Shown here: positions 1 to 9,029 of the stretch, piece after piece
Layout of the letters: each line of letters opens with the position of its first letter
Position numbering within the stretch: position 1 is the stretch's first letter
Origin: an uncultured delta proteobacterium
GTDB taxonomy: Bacteria > Desulfobacterota > Binatia > UBA9968
Direction: 5' to 3'
DNA: 64,000 nt
Assembly: GCA_963745835.1 (NCBI GenBank)
Contig: CAVUZH010000008.1
Span: forward strand, 128,001-192,000
The notes under the pieces: model-generated
Database searches by the model: none
What the model saw: the letters and a program-made list of their open reading frames with translations, nothing else
Told to the model about the DNA's origin: nothing
Program-made: the position numbers and the translations under genes

Positions 1-919
1 CGCCCGTCGTGGTATCGATCTGGGCTAAGTACGATCGGCCGGATTTTGAGTAGCTGCAGATAATTTTCGATTCGGAGTCGAAGGCGTACAGCGAACCGCC
101 GAATACCCACTGCGGCTGGCCAAACTCCGCTTCCATCGGGCACACTGCTTCTACTCGGTTTTTCGTCCAGCGATATAGATTCCACCAGCCGGTGCGATCA
201 GAAGTAAAATAGAGCGTCCCGCCCGGCGACCACTCCGGCTGGAAAATGGATTCCGCCGGCCCGCCTGCAATTGCTCTTGCCTGATTCACCGAACCGTCGG
301 GGCTCAATTCCCCGACCCAAAGTTCAGTACCGTCCCACGGCATGGCCGGATGATTCCACGTCAGCCAAGCGAGTCGAGAGCCGTCCGGGCTCAAACGTGG
401 CGAAGAGTAAAAGTCATTTCCAGAAACCAAAACTCTTCCCGAGTTTTCCTGATCGAGCTCGATGCTAACCAAAGTATTAACCGTCTGGCCAGGGACGCTA
501 TGGTCCTCGCGCACGCAAAACAATCGATTCCCATTCGGGTGAATCACACCATCTGCATAGCGCAGCTCTCCTGCTGGCGTTAGAGACTTGAGTTCGCTCC
601 CGGCACGTTGCAAATAGAGCCGCTGATCGGCAAAATTCGCGAACACAACCGTTTCGGCTAAAACCGCAAAGTCTCCGCCTCCATATTCGTGCACCCGCGT
701 CCGAGCGTTAAATGGCGAAGGCGTCACATCGACGATTGTTCCGTCGGAAGAATATCGGACGACGACCTTTCTCCCACCATCTCGAGCTCGCCTCTCGATC
801 CAATACACGTCATTGCCATCAATCTTTACCTGCTCGAGCCCAACCTCACCTCGAGCGACAAGGTCCGCGGCAATTGGCGACTTCCACGAGCCGTAATTCG
901 CTAGCTGCGCAGCGGCCAT
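1..919 (-). CDS. S9 family peptidase (dipeptidyl/acylaminoacyl peptidase), N-terminal part; runs off the left edge
   Basis: Not in the ORF track. Manual minus-strand translation from ATG 919 (AGAGGAAG upstream) gives MAAAQLANYGSWKSPI...PFNARTRVHEYGGGD...FANFADQRLY...LRYADG...GNDFYSSPRLSPDGSRLAWLTWNHPAMPWDGTE...ESIFQPEWSPGGTLYFTSDRTGWWNLY, typical of this family. Confidence 0.88.
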   Translation of the reverse strand, partial: MAAAQLANYGSWKSPIAADLVARGEVGLEQVKIDGNDVYWIERRARDGGRKVVVRYSSDGTIVDVTPSPFNARTRVHEYGGGDFAVLAETVVFANFADQRLYLQRAGSELKSLTPAGELRYADGVIHPNGNRLFCVREDHSVPGQTVNTLVSIELDQENSGRVLVSGNDFYSSPRLSPDGSRLAWLTWNHPAMPWDGTELWVGELSPDGSVNQARAIAGGPAESIFQPEWSPGGTLYFTSDRTGWWNLYRWTKNRVEAVCPMEAEFGQPQWVFGGSLYAFDSESKIICSYSKSGRSYLAQIDTTTG

Positions 920-1008
920 AAACTTCCTCTTCTTTGAAGATGCACGATCAAATTTACCATCCGACTCTGCGATGCGTTACCGGAAATTTCCGATCTGCCC
1001 AGAACTTA

Positions 1009-1290
1009 TCATAGCACCGGCGCCAGCCGCACCCACATAATCTGGAAGACGATGTTACCTGCGGCAAAAAGCGCGGCGGCACCTTGTTAACTTGTCAGGT
1101 GAATCAAGCTGTGCCCAACCCGCAGCGCGACATAGCTGCAGGCGAGCACTATGAAATTTACATCGGTGCGGCCCATGAACATGACGGCAAGACAGATGAA
1201 CTAGAACAGCGACGGCAGCTCGGTCAGATTGCGAAAAATGATTGCCGCTCTTTTGAACGGATTGCGTCTGTATTGTAAATTCTCATCACA
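1009..1290 (-). pseudogene. degraded MAPEG-family membrane protein remnant
   Basis: Minus strand reads NLTELPSLF*FICLAV...LACSYVALRVGHSLIHLT, then after frameshifts FAAGNIVFQIMWVRLAPVL*. The N-x-x-E-x-P-x-LF(Y) and R-x-x-HS-x-IH motifs resemble MAPEG; there is an in-frame TAG and the N-terminus is missing. Confidence 0.6.
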
Positions 1291-1312
1291 CCCTCTCTCC
1301 GACTTTGACGCC

Positions 1313-2341
1313 TTACGCCAGCGGCGGTAACCCATCATTTTGCGGCTCATAATCGCGATCTTCTTTGCGCCGCTTGCCCACCGATTCATCTACACTCTCG
1401 TTGCCGAATGGGCTTGCACCGATGGCGCGATAATGACGCGGGTTTTTCTTGGCGTACACGCCACCGAGAAATTTCCCGTAAGAATCGGTAAAGGCGCCGC
1501 GGTAGTTATTTGGTCCCACCGTGATCAAGTCAAGTGCCAGCCCCGCAGCGGCGGCGTTGTCTTGCATCCATCGCAGTGCGAGGTCGGATAACCGGCGATC
1601 TTCGTAGCCGCCGCCGACATCGCAGTGTGCGCCAAGAAACCAGCGCTGTTGCAGAGCCTGCTCCGGCTTTACTTCGGGATTCCACAGGCAGGCATCGTAA
1701 TCGACTCGGTGCTCGTCGACGGCGATCGCGTGACAGGCGTTTTCAACGATCGCGCTGAGTCGGGTATCGTGAAACTCATAAAAATGCATATTCCAGCGCT
1801 TCAACAAATCTAATGGGATGCCGAGCGCGCCCACAGTATCCCAAACTCCAAGAAACTTTATCTTGATTTCGCGCGAGAACCGGTTTTTGAATTGCAGCGC
1901 GGTGGGCGAATCTGGGCCATCATCTCGGGTGCGGTAAATGCCATACGCCATAGCGATTCGCAAAGGCAACTGTTTGTTCTCCACCAAGCCGCAGTTTCGA
2001 ATCATGCCAACGAGACTTCTCGCGGTATAAGCGCCGCGGCTGAAACCAAGCACGTAAACTTCATCGCCTTCACGATACTTTTGGGCGAGAAATTTGTAGC
2101 CATCGAGAATATTCTTCTCGAGTCCAACTCCAAGCCCGCCGCCGATAAACCGATCATACCATTTTGTGCCGACACCCTCATCGTACCATTTGAGCTGCTG
2201 CGCGCCGTCGGCGCCGGCCTCCTTAACCGACTTGTAAAACCGGCACACGTTGGTTTCGACCTGCTCGTTTGCAGCCAAGTTCTCATCGGCTGGTTTGTTC
2301 CAGGTGCCGTCAAAACAAAGAACTATTCTTCTCATGGTCAT
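1313..2341 (-). CDS. DUF2235 (Tle1-like) alpha/beta hydrolase domain protein
   Basis: RRIVLCFDGTWN, ETNV, YDEGVGT, GFSRGAYTAR, GVWDTVGALG, HAIAVDEHR, WFLGAHCDVGGG motifs. Confidence 0.9.
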   Translation of the reverse strand: MTMRRIVLCFDGTWNKPADENLAANEQVETNVCRFYKSVKEAGADGAQQLKWYDEGVGTKWYDRFIGGGLGVGLEKNILDGYKFLAQKYREGDEVYVLGFSRGAYTARSLVGMIRNCGLVENKQLPLRIAMAYGIYRTRDDGPDSPTALQFKNRFSREIKIKFLGVWDTVGALGIPLDLLKRWNMHFYEFHDTRLSAIVENACHAIAVDEHRVDYDACLWNPEVKPEQALQQRWFLGAHCDVGGGYEDRRLSDLALRWMQDNAAAAGLALDLITVGPNNYRGAFTDSYGKFLGGVYAKKNPRHYRAIGASPFGNESVDESVGKRRKEDRDYEPQNDGLPPLA

Positions 2342-2435
2342 CCCTTCTATGCGGAATTAAGCCATTTTTCAGCGTAGCCATTTCGAAATTCCCAACATCA
2401 TACGCCATGTGCCGGAACCGGAATGATCGCCCCCG

Positions 2436-3503
2436 CTACAATAATCTCGGCATGTGCGCAAACGCGCTCATCTCGTGGGTCAGCGCGATGGGCTGAGATT
2501 TACATAAGTACTCGGGCTTTAGCTGATCGATGCGGGTTACACCGAGAAGCGCCATGGAGGTGATGATCTCGCTTTCGAGAATTTCCAATACCCGCACTAA
2601 GCCTTGCTGTCCCCCCGCTCCGAGGCCCCAGCCTTGAAGCTTGCCGATGGCCACAGCCTGGGCGCCAAGCGCGAGCGCTTTCAACACATCGCTGCCGCGC
2701 ACGATGCCGCCGTCCAAAACCACCGCGGCTCTGCCGGCCACGGCTTCGACGATTTCCGGCAGCATCTCGAGCGTTCCCCGGTTGTGATCGAGTTGGCGTC
2801 CGCCGTGATTGGATACATAGATTGCGCTGACGCCATGTTCGACAGCCAATGCCGCGTCTTCGGCGGTCGCAACTCCCTTGAGAATAAATGGCAGACCGGC
2901 GAACTTTTTGATCGCGACCATTGTCTCCCAAGTGATCGCGGAGCGGTGCTCGTATCCCGATAAGCGCCGACTCGGCGGCAGCCAGCGATCCATCATCTGG
3001 CGCTCGCGCCTGCCGTAGTATGCGGTATCGACAGTCAAACAGAGAGCCTGATAACCCGCAGTCTTGACCCGAGCCAGAAGAGTCTCCACCCATCTCATAT
3101 CGCCTTGGACGTAAAGCTGGAAAATTTTCGGGTGCGGCGTTGCCGCAGCGGTCTCCTCGAGGCTCGGCTGGGTAACCGAGCTGACGAAGTTAAGCGTGCC
3201 GAACTCGTGCGCAGCTTTGGCGACAGCCACGGCGCCTTCAGGCGTCATAATCTGCAGCGAACCGATCGGCGCCAGCATGACCGGAATTCTGAGCCTGTTC
3301 CCGAGAAACATTGTCGACGCATCGATCTTCGGCACTTCGACGAGCACGCGGGGGCGCAATGCGAGACTATCTAGCGCGAGCCGGTTACGGCACATGGTCG
3401 TCTCCGACTCGGCGCCGCCAGTCAAATAATGCCAGACATGCTGGCTTAGATTGCGTCTCGCCTGGGTGATGATTTCCTGAGTCGTGACGAAGCTCGATGG
3501 CAT
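2436..3503 (-). CDS. FMN-dependent alpha-hydroxy acid oxidase/dehydrogenase (LldD-like)
   Basis: LRPRVL, LTVDT, ILKGV, VSNHGGRQLD, DGGIVRGSDVLKALALGA motifs. Confidence 0.92.
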   Translation of the reverse strand: MPSSFVTTQEIITQARRNLSQHVWHYLTGGAESETTMCRNRLALDSLALRPRVLVEVPKIDASTMFLGNRLRIPVMLAPIGSLQIMTPEGAVAVAKAAHEFGTLNFVSSVTQPSLEETAAATPHPKIFQLYVQGDMRWVETLLARVKTAGYQALCLTVDTAYYGRRERQMMDRWLPPSRRLSGYEHRSAITWETMVAIKKFAGLPFILKGVATAEDAALAVEHGVSAIYVSNHGGRQLDHNRGTLEMLPEIVEAVAGRAAVVLDGGIVRGSDVLKALALGAQAVAIGKLQGWGLGAGGQQGLVRVLEILESEIITSMALLGVTRIDQLKPEYLCKSQPIALTHEMSAFAHMPRLL

Positions 3504-3510
3504 AAGATTA

Positions 3511-3694
3511 CCTCGTGTTTACGTGTTCGTGTCGGGGAAGTACCGTGTTCGTGATTCGGAAGAAGCCGTGCTCGTGTACGTGACTCGCAAACCGCTGTTA
3601 TTCGCCCCCATGCCCAAATCTCTTTTTCCGCTCAGACCACGAACACGGCACTTTTCACACCACGAACACGATTTTTTTCCGAGTCACGATTACG
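3511..3694. repeat. inverted degenerate CGTG/CACG micro-repeat arrays downstream of the four-helix-bundle gene
   Basis: Left arm 3511-3590: cgtgttcgtgtcgggg, cgtgttcgtgattcggaa, cgtgctcgtgtacgtgactcgcaaa. Right arm 3623-3694: cacgaacacg twice and ttttccgagtcacgattacg, reverse complements of the left-arm units. Confidence 0.8.
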
Positions 3695-3721
3695 TCTGAA
3701 CTCGAAAACACTATATGGGTC

Positions 3722-4096
3722 TCACCGAGAATGTGATTTCGATTTCTCATTCAGCGATTGCGACAGGCGCAAAAGCATTCGGATAACGCGGTCGTAACCG
3801 GAGCGCAGTTCCAGGTAAGTTTCATTTGAAATGTACTTCAAATCCCGCGCGAGAAGCAGTTGATAACATACTTCCCCTGCCGACCCTCTAGCGATTCCAA
3901 CAAACTGCCGATATTCACGGCTACCTAACCTCATAGCTCCTTCCATCAGGTTCATGCCCACTGAAGTTGCCGCTCGTCTGGTCTGTTCAATGAGGCTGAA
4001 CAATTCTCTTTTCGGAAAAGCTTTCGTTATCAAATAAATTTTGAGCGCCAGCTCATGAGCGAGCTTGAAGACATCAAGATCTTCCACCCGATTCAT
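3722..4096 (-). CDS. four helix bundle protein (23S rRNA intervening-sequence protein family)
   Basis: EDLDVFKLAHEL...FPKRELFSLIEQTRRAATSVGMNLMEG...QFVGIARGSAGEVCYQLLLARDLKYI; strong GGAGG RBS. Confidence 0.92.
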   Translation of the reverse strand: MNRVEDLDVFKLAHELALKIYLITKAFPKRELFSLIEQTRRAATSVGMNLMEGAMRLGSREYRQFVGIARGSAGEVCYQLLLARDLKYISNETYLELRSGYDRVIRMLLRLSQSLNEKSKSHSR

Positions 4097-4159
4097 CGTT
4101 GCCTCCTGCGTTAAATCAACTCGCGATTAGATTCTTTCTCTCGCGGCCCCTCGTTCTTC

Positions 4160-4263
4160 TTTTTCCCTGACGATCACGTTGCACGAACACGTAACTTTCC
4201 CAAGACGATCACGCTTTTCGATTCACGATCACGAGCACGATATTTCTCCGATCACGATCACGT
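4160..4263. repeat. degenerate (CACGAN)n repeat modules upstream of the four-helix-bundle gene
   Basis: Four modules, each a T-run followed by gacgatcacg/cacgaacacg/cacgatcacgagcacg/gatcacgatcacg, filling most of the oppC-to-four-helix gap. Confidence 0.8.
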
Positions 4264-4265
4264 CC

Positions 4266-5135
4266 TTACCCACGCGTCTTTGTCAACCTCGGATCCAGCG
4301 CGTCCCGTAGCGCGTCACCGAGCAGATTGAAGCTCATCAGGGCGAAGAAAATGAAGATGCCCGGTAGGAACACTTGCAGCGGGGCGATGAAGATGTTGGT
4401 TGAGGCATTGGTGAGGAGATTTCCCCAGCTTGGCGTCGGCGGCTGAATACCGAGGCCAAGAAAACTCAAGGTGGTTTCGGCTCGGATAGCAGCGCCGGCG
4501 TCGAGGGTGGCGGCGACAATTAGCGGTGCCAGCGAGTTTGGCAGCAGATGACGCAGCATAACGCGCCAGCGCGATGCGCCCAGGCAGTGCGCCGCCACCA
4601 CGAACTCTTGCTCGCGAAAAGAAAGCACCGCGCTGCGCGCCAGCCGGGCGGCATTGGTCCATTCCAGTGCGACCAGAATGATGATGATGTTCAACAGCCC
4701 CGGCCCGGCTACTTTGGACAGCACCAGTAACAGGACGATACGCGGAACCGTGTAAATAGTATCCACCATGCGCATCAGGATGTTGTCCAGAGTTCCACCG
4801 ACATAACCTGCGAGAATGCCGATCAGTCCGCCCAGAACTACCGTGCTCAACCCGACGATCAGGCCTACCGCCAGCGAGACTCTGCCGCCGTGCATGATCC
4901 TGACCCAGGTATCGCGCCCCAGTTCATCGGTGCCGAACCAGTGCGTCGCGGACGGTCCATGCATGCGCTCTGCGAGCGAAACTTGATCAAGTTCGTACGG
5001 GACAAAGTGAGGACCGGCAATCACCAGAAGCAAAAGAAAAACAAAGAAAAAAAATCCCACATAGGCGACGCGGTGCTGTTTAAAGCGTCGCCAGACGATG
5101 CGCCAGTTTCCTATTGGAAGCGGGGTCGACTCCAT
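4266..5135 (-). CDS. peptide/nickel ABC transporter permease (OppC/DppC-like)
   Basis: HWFGTDELGRD, EFVVAAHCLGAS...RHLLPN, LSFLGLG, GDALRDALDP; start placed at MESTPL to avoid overlap. Confidence 0.92.
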   Translation of the reverse strand: MESTPLPIGNWRIVWRRFKQHRVAYVGFFFFVFLLLLVIAGPHFVPYELDQVSLAERMHGPSATHWFGTDELGRDTWVRIMHGGRVSLAVGLIVGLSTVVLGGLIGILAGYVGGTLDNILMRMVDTIYTVPRIVLLLVLSKVAGPGLLNIIIILVALEWTNAARLARSAVLSFREQEFVVAAHCLGASRWRVMLRHLLPNSLAPLIVAATLDAGAAIRAETTLSFLGLGIQPPTPSWGNLLTNASTNIFIAPLQVFLPGIFIFFALMSFNLLGDALRDALDPRLTKTRG

Positions 5136-5139
5136 CGGG

Positions 5140-6105
5140 TCAATTTTGGTAGCGGATGCGTGGATCAAGCCAGCCATAAAGAATGTCGGCCAGCAGATTA
5201 AAGAACACCACCGCGACGGCGAGAATCATGACCACCGTCATGGCAATGACATAATCATTGCCCATCACCGAAGTGTAGAGGAGCCGGCCCATTCCGGGAT
5301 AAGCAAAAACAGTTTCGACCACAGTCGAACCGCCGATTACCCGCGGCATCGTCACCGCGATAATGGTGACCACGGGAATGAGCGCGTTCTTCAGAGCATG
5401 ACGGCCGATCACGGTCTGTTCGCTCAATCCCTTCGCCCGAGCCGTGGTCAAATAGTCCTGCCGCAACACCTCCAGCAAACTTGAACGCATAAATCGCTGC
5501 ACCTGAATGATTTCCGAAATCGCCAGCACCGACACCGGCAATATGAGATGTTTCATCCAATCGACCGTCGCTTCCCAGGTGCCCGGCGTCAGGTCGGGAT
5601 TGACGATGCCGGAAGTGGGCAGCCATCCGAGTTTCACGGAAAAAAGGATGATCATCATCAACCCGAGCCAGAACGCCGGAACCGAATAGGCGACAAAGGT
5701 CAGCGCCGTCAGCAGGTAATCGCCGATGGAATATTGCCGAACCGCGGAAAAAATTCCCAAGGCGATTGCGATCAGTTTGCCGATGACCACCGCCGTGATC
5801 GTCAGCACCAGAGTATTTTTCAACGCCGGAATAATGATATCGATCACCGGCTGTCCATACTCGCGCGAGTAACCGGGGTTCAGTTGAAGCAACTGCCAGA
5901 GCCACTTCCAATATTGAATGTAGAAAGGATCGTCGAAACCGTAGAGCTTGCGCAACCGTTCATAATCTTCCGGACGAAGGTTGGGGATTCCCTCGAGCAT
6001 CCGGTAGAGCGGATCCCCTGGCATGGAATAGAGCAGGAAAAAAATCAGAGCGGAGACGAAGAAGAGCAGCGGCACGAGCTGGATCAGACGACGGAAAATA
6101 TACAA
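5140..6105 (-). CDS. peptide/nickel ABC transporter permease (OppB/DppB-like)
   Basis: PGDP, QDYLTTARAKGL...HALKNA, ETVFAYPGMG, LDPRIRY. Confidence 0.93.
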   Translation of the reverse strand: MYIFRRLIQLVPLLFFVSALIFFLLYSMPGDPLYRMLEGIPNLRPEDYERLRKLYGFDDPFYIQYWKWLWQLLQLNPGYSREYGQPVIDIIIPALKNTLVLTITAVVIGKLIAIALGIFSAVRQYSIGDYLLTALTFVAYSVPAFWLGLMMIILFSVKLGWLPTSGIVNPDLTPGTWEATVDWMKHLILPVSVLAISEIIQVQRFMRSSLLEVLRQDYLTTARAKGLSEQTVIGRHALKNALIPVVTIIAVTMPRVIGGSTVVETVFAYPGMGRLLYTSVMGNDYVIAMTVVMILAVAVVFFNLLADILYGWLDPRIRYQN

Positions 6106-6131
6106 AAGACATTAAAGCTCAACTGAAAGTC

Positions 6132-6258
6132 GTTCCACACGTTCCACCTGTTCCAACGGTTCCAGCCGTTTCAAGAATTGAGAACCGCTAAATCAACAGC
6201 CGATTCCGCTTCCGCTTTTAACGATTGGAACGTTTGGAACTACTTGAACGACTGGAAC
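6132..6258. repeat. intergenic element of two inverted 9-bp repeat arrays (GTTCCANNN x5 / NNNTGGAAC x4-5)
   Basis: gttccacac gttccacct gttccaacg gttccagcc gtttcaaga ... gattggaac gtttggaac tacttgaac gactggaac. Confidence 0.85.
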
Positions 6259-6266
6259 GCTTTGAT

Positions 6267-7995
6267 TTAAGTCTTATCCCACTGCTGCATGTTCCAACTG
6301 CTAGAGTTTTGCCCGCCGCTTTCCTGCCGCGGCGTCACTCCCGTGAGGCCTCTTTTCACCACGAGGATTTCCGGCGAGTAGTATAGCGGCAGGTGCGGCA
6401 GCGCTTCAGCTAAACATTTTGAGAAAGTCCAGTTGCAGCTGCTCCGAGCGCGCTTCCGGAATAATCGAGTTGATCTCGTCCAGAATCGCGTCTTTACGCG
6501 GATCATTCCAACCGGAGACGTTTTCTGGAGCATACTTGTTCTCGGCCGTGGGAATGTTCTTGGTGTGAAACCGCTCGGGCCATTCTTCCACTGTAACGTT
6601 ATGCGAACCGATGAACGCGCCGGGCCAACGATTGCGGTTATCCGCTGAGTTGAGCAATCGGTTCGGCAGATTTTTGATATTGCCGCGCACGCCGATCTTC
6701 TTCCAGTAATCGGCGATAATCGCCTCGGCCTGCTCATGGTCGCGCCGTTCGGCGGTGACACGGAATTCGAACTCCATCCGCTCGCCTTTAGCATTCGTCA
6801 AAATGCCGTCGGAGCCCGGCTTCCAGCCGGCTTCGGCGAGAAGTTTTTTTGCCCGTTCCGGGTCGTACTTATAGATGGTCACCGTCGACAGCGCTTTTTT
6901 GTAAGTCTTGCGGACCCGCGACAGCGGGATATCCGAGACCACTTTCTCTCCCCTGAACATGTTCTGCACCATCGCGTCGCGGTCTATGGCATGCAGCAAC
7001 GCACGGCGCACACTGACATCACTGAACAGTGGGTTGTCGCGGCTCAGGTTGAGCCAGGTCCAGGAGGCAGGGCTGATATGCACTTTGCCTTTTCCCGTCT
7101 TCTCCCACTGATCGCGCAGGATCATCGCGCCATCGAAAGAAATAGTGCTGCGCATGCACAGGTCCACTTCTCCGGCCAGCACCGCCGCAAGATTGGTATT
7201 GTTGTCCTCGACGGTTTTGTAAGTCACCCGGTCGATCTTGGGCTTGCCGAGCGCAAAGTCATTGAAGGCTTCGAGCTCCATGCGGCTGCCGGCGTCCCAT
7301 TCCACGACGCGGTATGCCCCGGCGCCGATGAAGTTTTTGTTCCAATAAGGCAAATTGGCAAATGCCTTCATATCGCCGGCGTTGAAGGCTTCCTGCAACA
7401 GGTGGCGCGGAAAGGCGCGCACGTGAGTGTACTGGATCGCATAAGCCTCGTTGTAGAGATCATTCCAATGAATCACGAGGGTGCGATCGTCTGGCGTTTC
7501 GATCTTTGAAATCATTTCCGGCACGAGCCGATCCGGCATAGGAAATTGCGGATGTTTCGCAATCTGCCAGCCAAACTCGAAATCTTTGGAAGTGTACGGC
7601 TTGCCGTCATGCCATTTGAGATTGGGACGGAGCTTATAGACCGTGATCATGGTTTTTTTCTGAGGATCGATCTTCCACGTTCCCTTCTTAACCGAAGGCA
7701 GTTCCTCGGCCAGCACCGGTACGCGTTCGAGAGTTGCAGGGTTTTGACCGACCAGGCCGGCATCCACCATGGACACATGCTCTGTCTCGCGACGATTGTG
7801 ATAGCCGAGACTCGTCACTTGACGCTCGCCATGAATGATGATTCTTTTTCGCGCGGGTTGAGCGGCAAAGAGTGGCGCTTTCGGCCACGGCAGAGTGCCC
7901 AGCGCCGCCGCGCTCGTGCCGGCCAATTTGATGAATTGCCGCCGGCTCAGATTCCCGCCGGTATTCCTATCTGATTTCTTGTTCCGGTCTGACAT
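6267..7995 (-). CDS. peptide ABC transporter substrate-binding protein (family 5), Tat signal; one frameshift near 6410, probably a sequencing error
   Basis: LSRRQFIKLAG Tat motif, LKWHDGKPYT, VRRALLHAIDR, AKKLLAEAGW; the C-terminus (AEALPHLPLYY...WNMQQWDKT) continues in the frame of ORF 6267..6794; GGGAGG RBS before ATG 7995. Confidence 0.88.
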
Positions 7996-8140
7996 CAAGT
8001 ATCCTCCCTTACCGCTACGATGGTCGGCATCCATATAACTAACCTCGAACTTGAGTGTCAATCGATATGGTCCGATAGCCTATTTGTTGCCGCGCTGCCG
8101 ATCACCGCCGCTTGCGGAAATATCTCTGTCACTGGCTTCC

Positions 8141-8170
8141 TTGACAAGGCTTTAATCGAGGGGATAGAAC
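8141..8170 (+). promoter_or_regulatory. putative sigma70 promoter
   Basis: TTGACA-18 bp-TAGAAC upstream of the isochorismatase gene. Confidence 0.45.
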
Positions 8171-8200
8171 AAACAATCTAATTTATTAAGGAGAAGCCCC

Positions 8201-8905
8201 ATGGCAGTGGATAATTTTGAGGATCATTGTTGGAAAGACGTTGTCACCCCGGAAATTCTTAAGACCTACACCCCGTATCATCGCGAGACCTTTATCGGCC
8301 AGAGACCGGCGCTGCTGGCCATCGATCTTTACAACCTCGCCTACGAAGGCGGCCCTAAAGAGCCTCATGAGCTGGTCGATACCCATAAGAGCTCATGCGG
8401 CGTCTACGCTTACAACGCCATCAAGCCGACCCAGGAACTGTTTGCGCTGGCGCGTTCGCTAAAAATTCCGATCTTCTACACCACGACGGAAACTCGCAAG
8501 GAAGCCAATCCTGATAAGGTTTATGCAACCAACCGGCAGCGGGTTAAGATCGATCCGCAAGCCTTTGAAATCCGCGAAGAGTTCAAACCCGAAGCCGATG
8601 ACGTGGTCATCTTCAAGGAGCGCGCCAGCGGCTTCTTCGGCACGCCGCTAATCGCTCATTTGACACAGAAAGGGATCGACAGCCTGATCGTCTGTGGCGA
8701 AAGCACCAGCGGCTGCGTCCGCGCCAGCTCAGTGGACGGTTATTCGCTGGGATATCACGTTTCGATTGTCGAAGAGTGCGTCTTTGATCGCAGCCCGCTA
8801 TCGCACAAGGTCAACCTCTTCGATATGCATCACAAGTACTGCGACGTGATGAAGCTCGATGAAGTAAAAGAAAAGATCAAACAAGAGCGCCCGCGCGCTA
8901 AGTAA
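8201..8905 (+). CDS. isochorismatase-family cysteine hydrolase (maleamate/N-carbamoylsarcosine amidase-like)
   Basis: ALLAIDL, FKERASGFFGT, CGESTSGCVRAS catalytic Asp-Lys-Cys pattern. Confidence 0.9.
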   Translation: MAVDNFEDHCWKDVVTPEILKTYTPYHRETFIGQRPALLAIDLYNLAYEGGPKEPHELVDTHKSSCGVYAYNAIKPTQELFALARSLKIPIFYTTTETRKEANPDKVYATNRQRVKIDPQAFEIREEFKPEADDVVIFKERASGFFGTPLIAHLTQKGIDSLIVCGESTSGCVRASSVDGYSLGYHVSIVEECVFDRSPLSHKVNLFDMHHKYCDVMKLDEVKEKIKQERPRAK

Positions 8906-8910
8906 TAGAC

Positions 8911-9014
8911 GTTCCAATTGTTGCAATCGTTTCAAATTGTTCCACTGAGATGGTGCTAACACCTCGCGGCGTTAGAAACACTGGAACGGCTGGAACATTT
9001 GGAACTGTTGGAAC
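8911..9014. repeat. second intergenic element of inverted 9-bp GTTCCA/TGGAAC repeat arrays
   Basis: gttccaatt gttgcaatc gtttcaaatt gttccactg ... actggaac ggctggaac atttggaac tgttggaac; inner ctaac/gttag stem. Confidence 0.85.
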
Positions 9015-9029
9015 CTGTTTTTCAATCCG

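Noticed and set aside
1313-2341. DUF2235 protein as a T6SS Tle1 effector
   Set aside because: No vgrG/PAAR or immunity gene nearby; stand-alone DUF2235 hydrolases are common
3484-3699. 71-aa plus-strand ORF
   Set aside because: Translation of the CGTG/CACG repeat arrays; dipeptide-biased and antisense to the operon
3722-4096. Four-helix protein as Avd of a diversity-generating retroelement, or as part of an rRNA IVS
   Set aside because: No reverse transcriptase, TR/VR pair or rRNA gene in the window
6132-9014. GTTCCA repeats as CRISPR arrays
   Set aside because: Units are 9 bp with 3-nt variable parts and inverted arms; no 25-40 bp repeats/spacers and no cas genes
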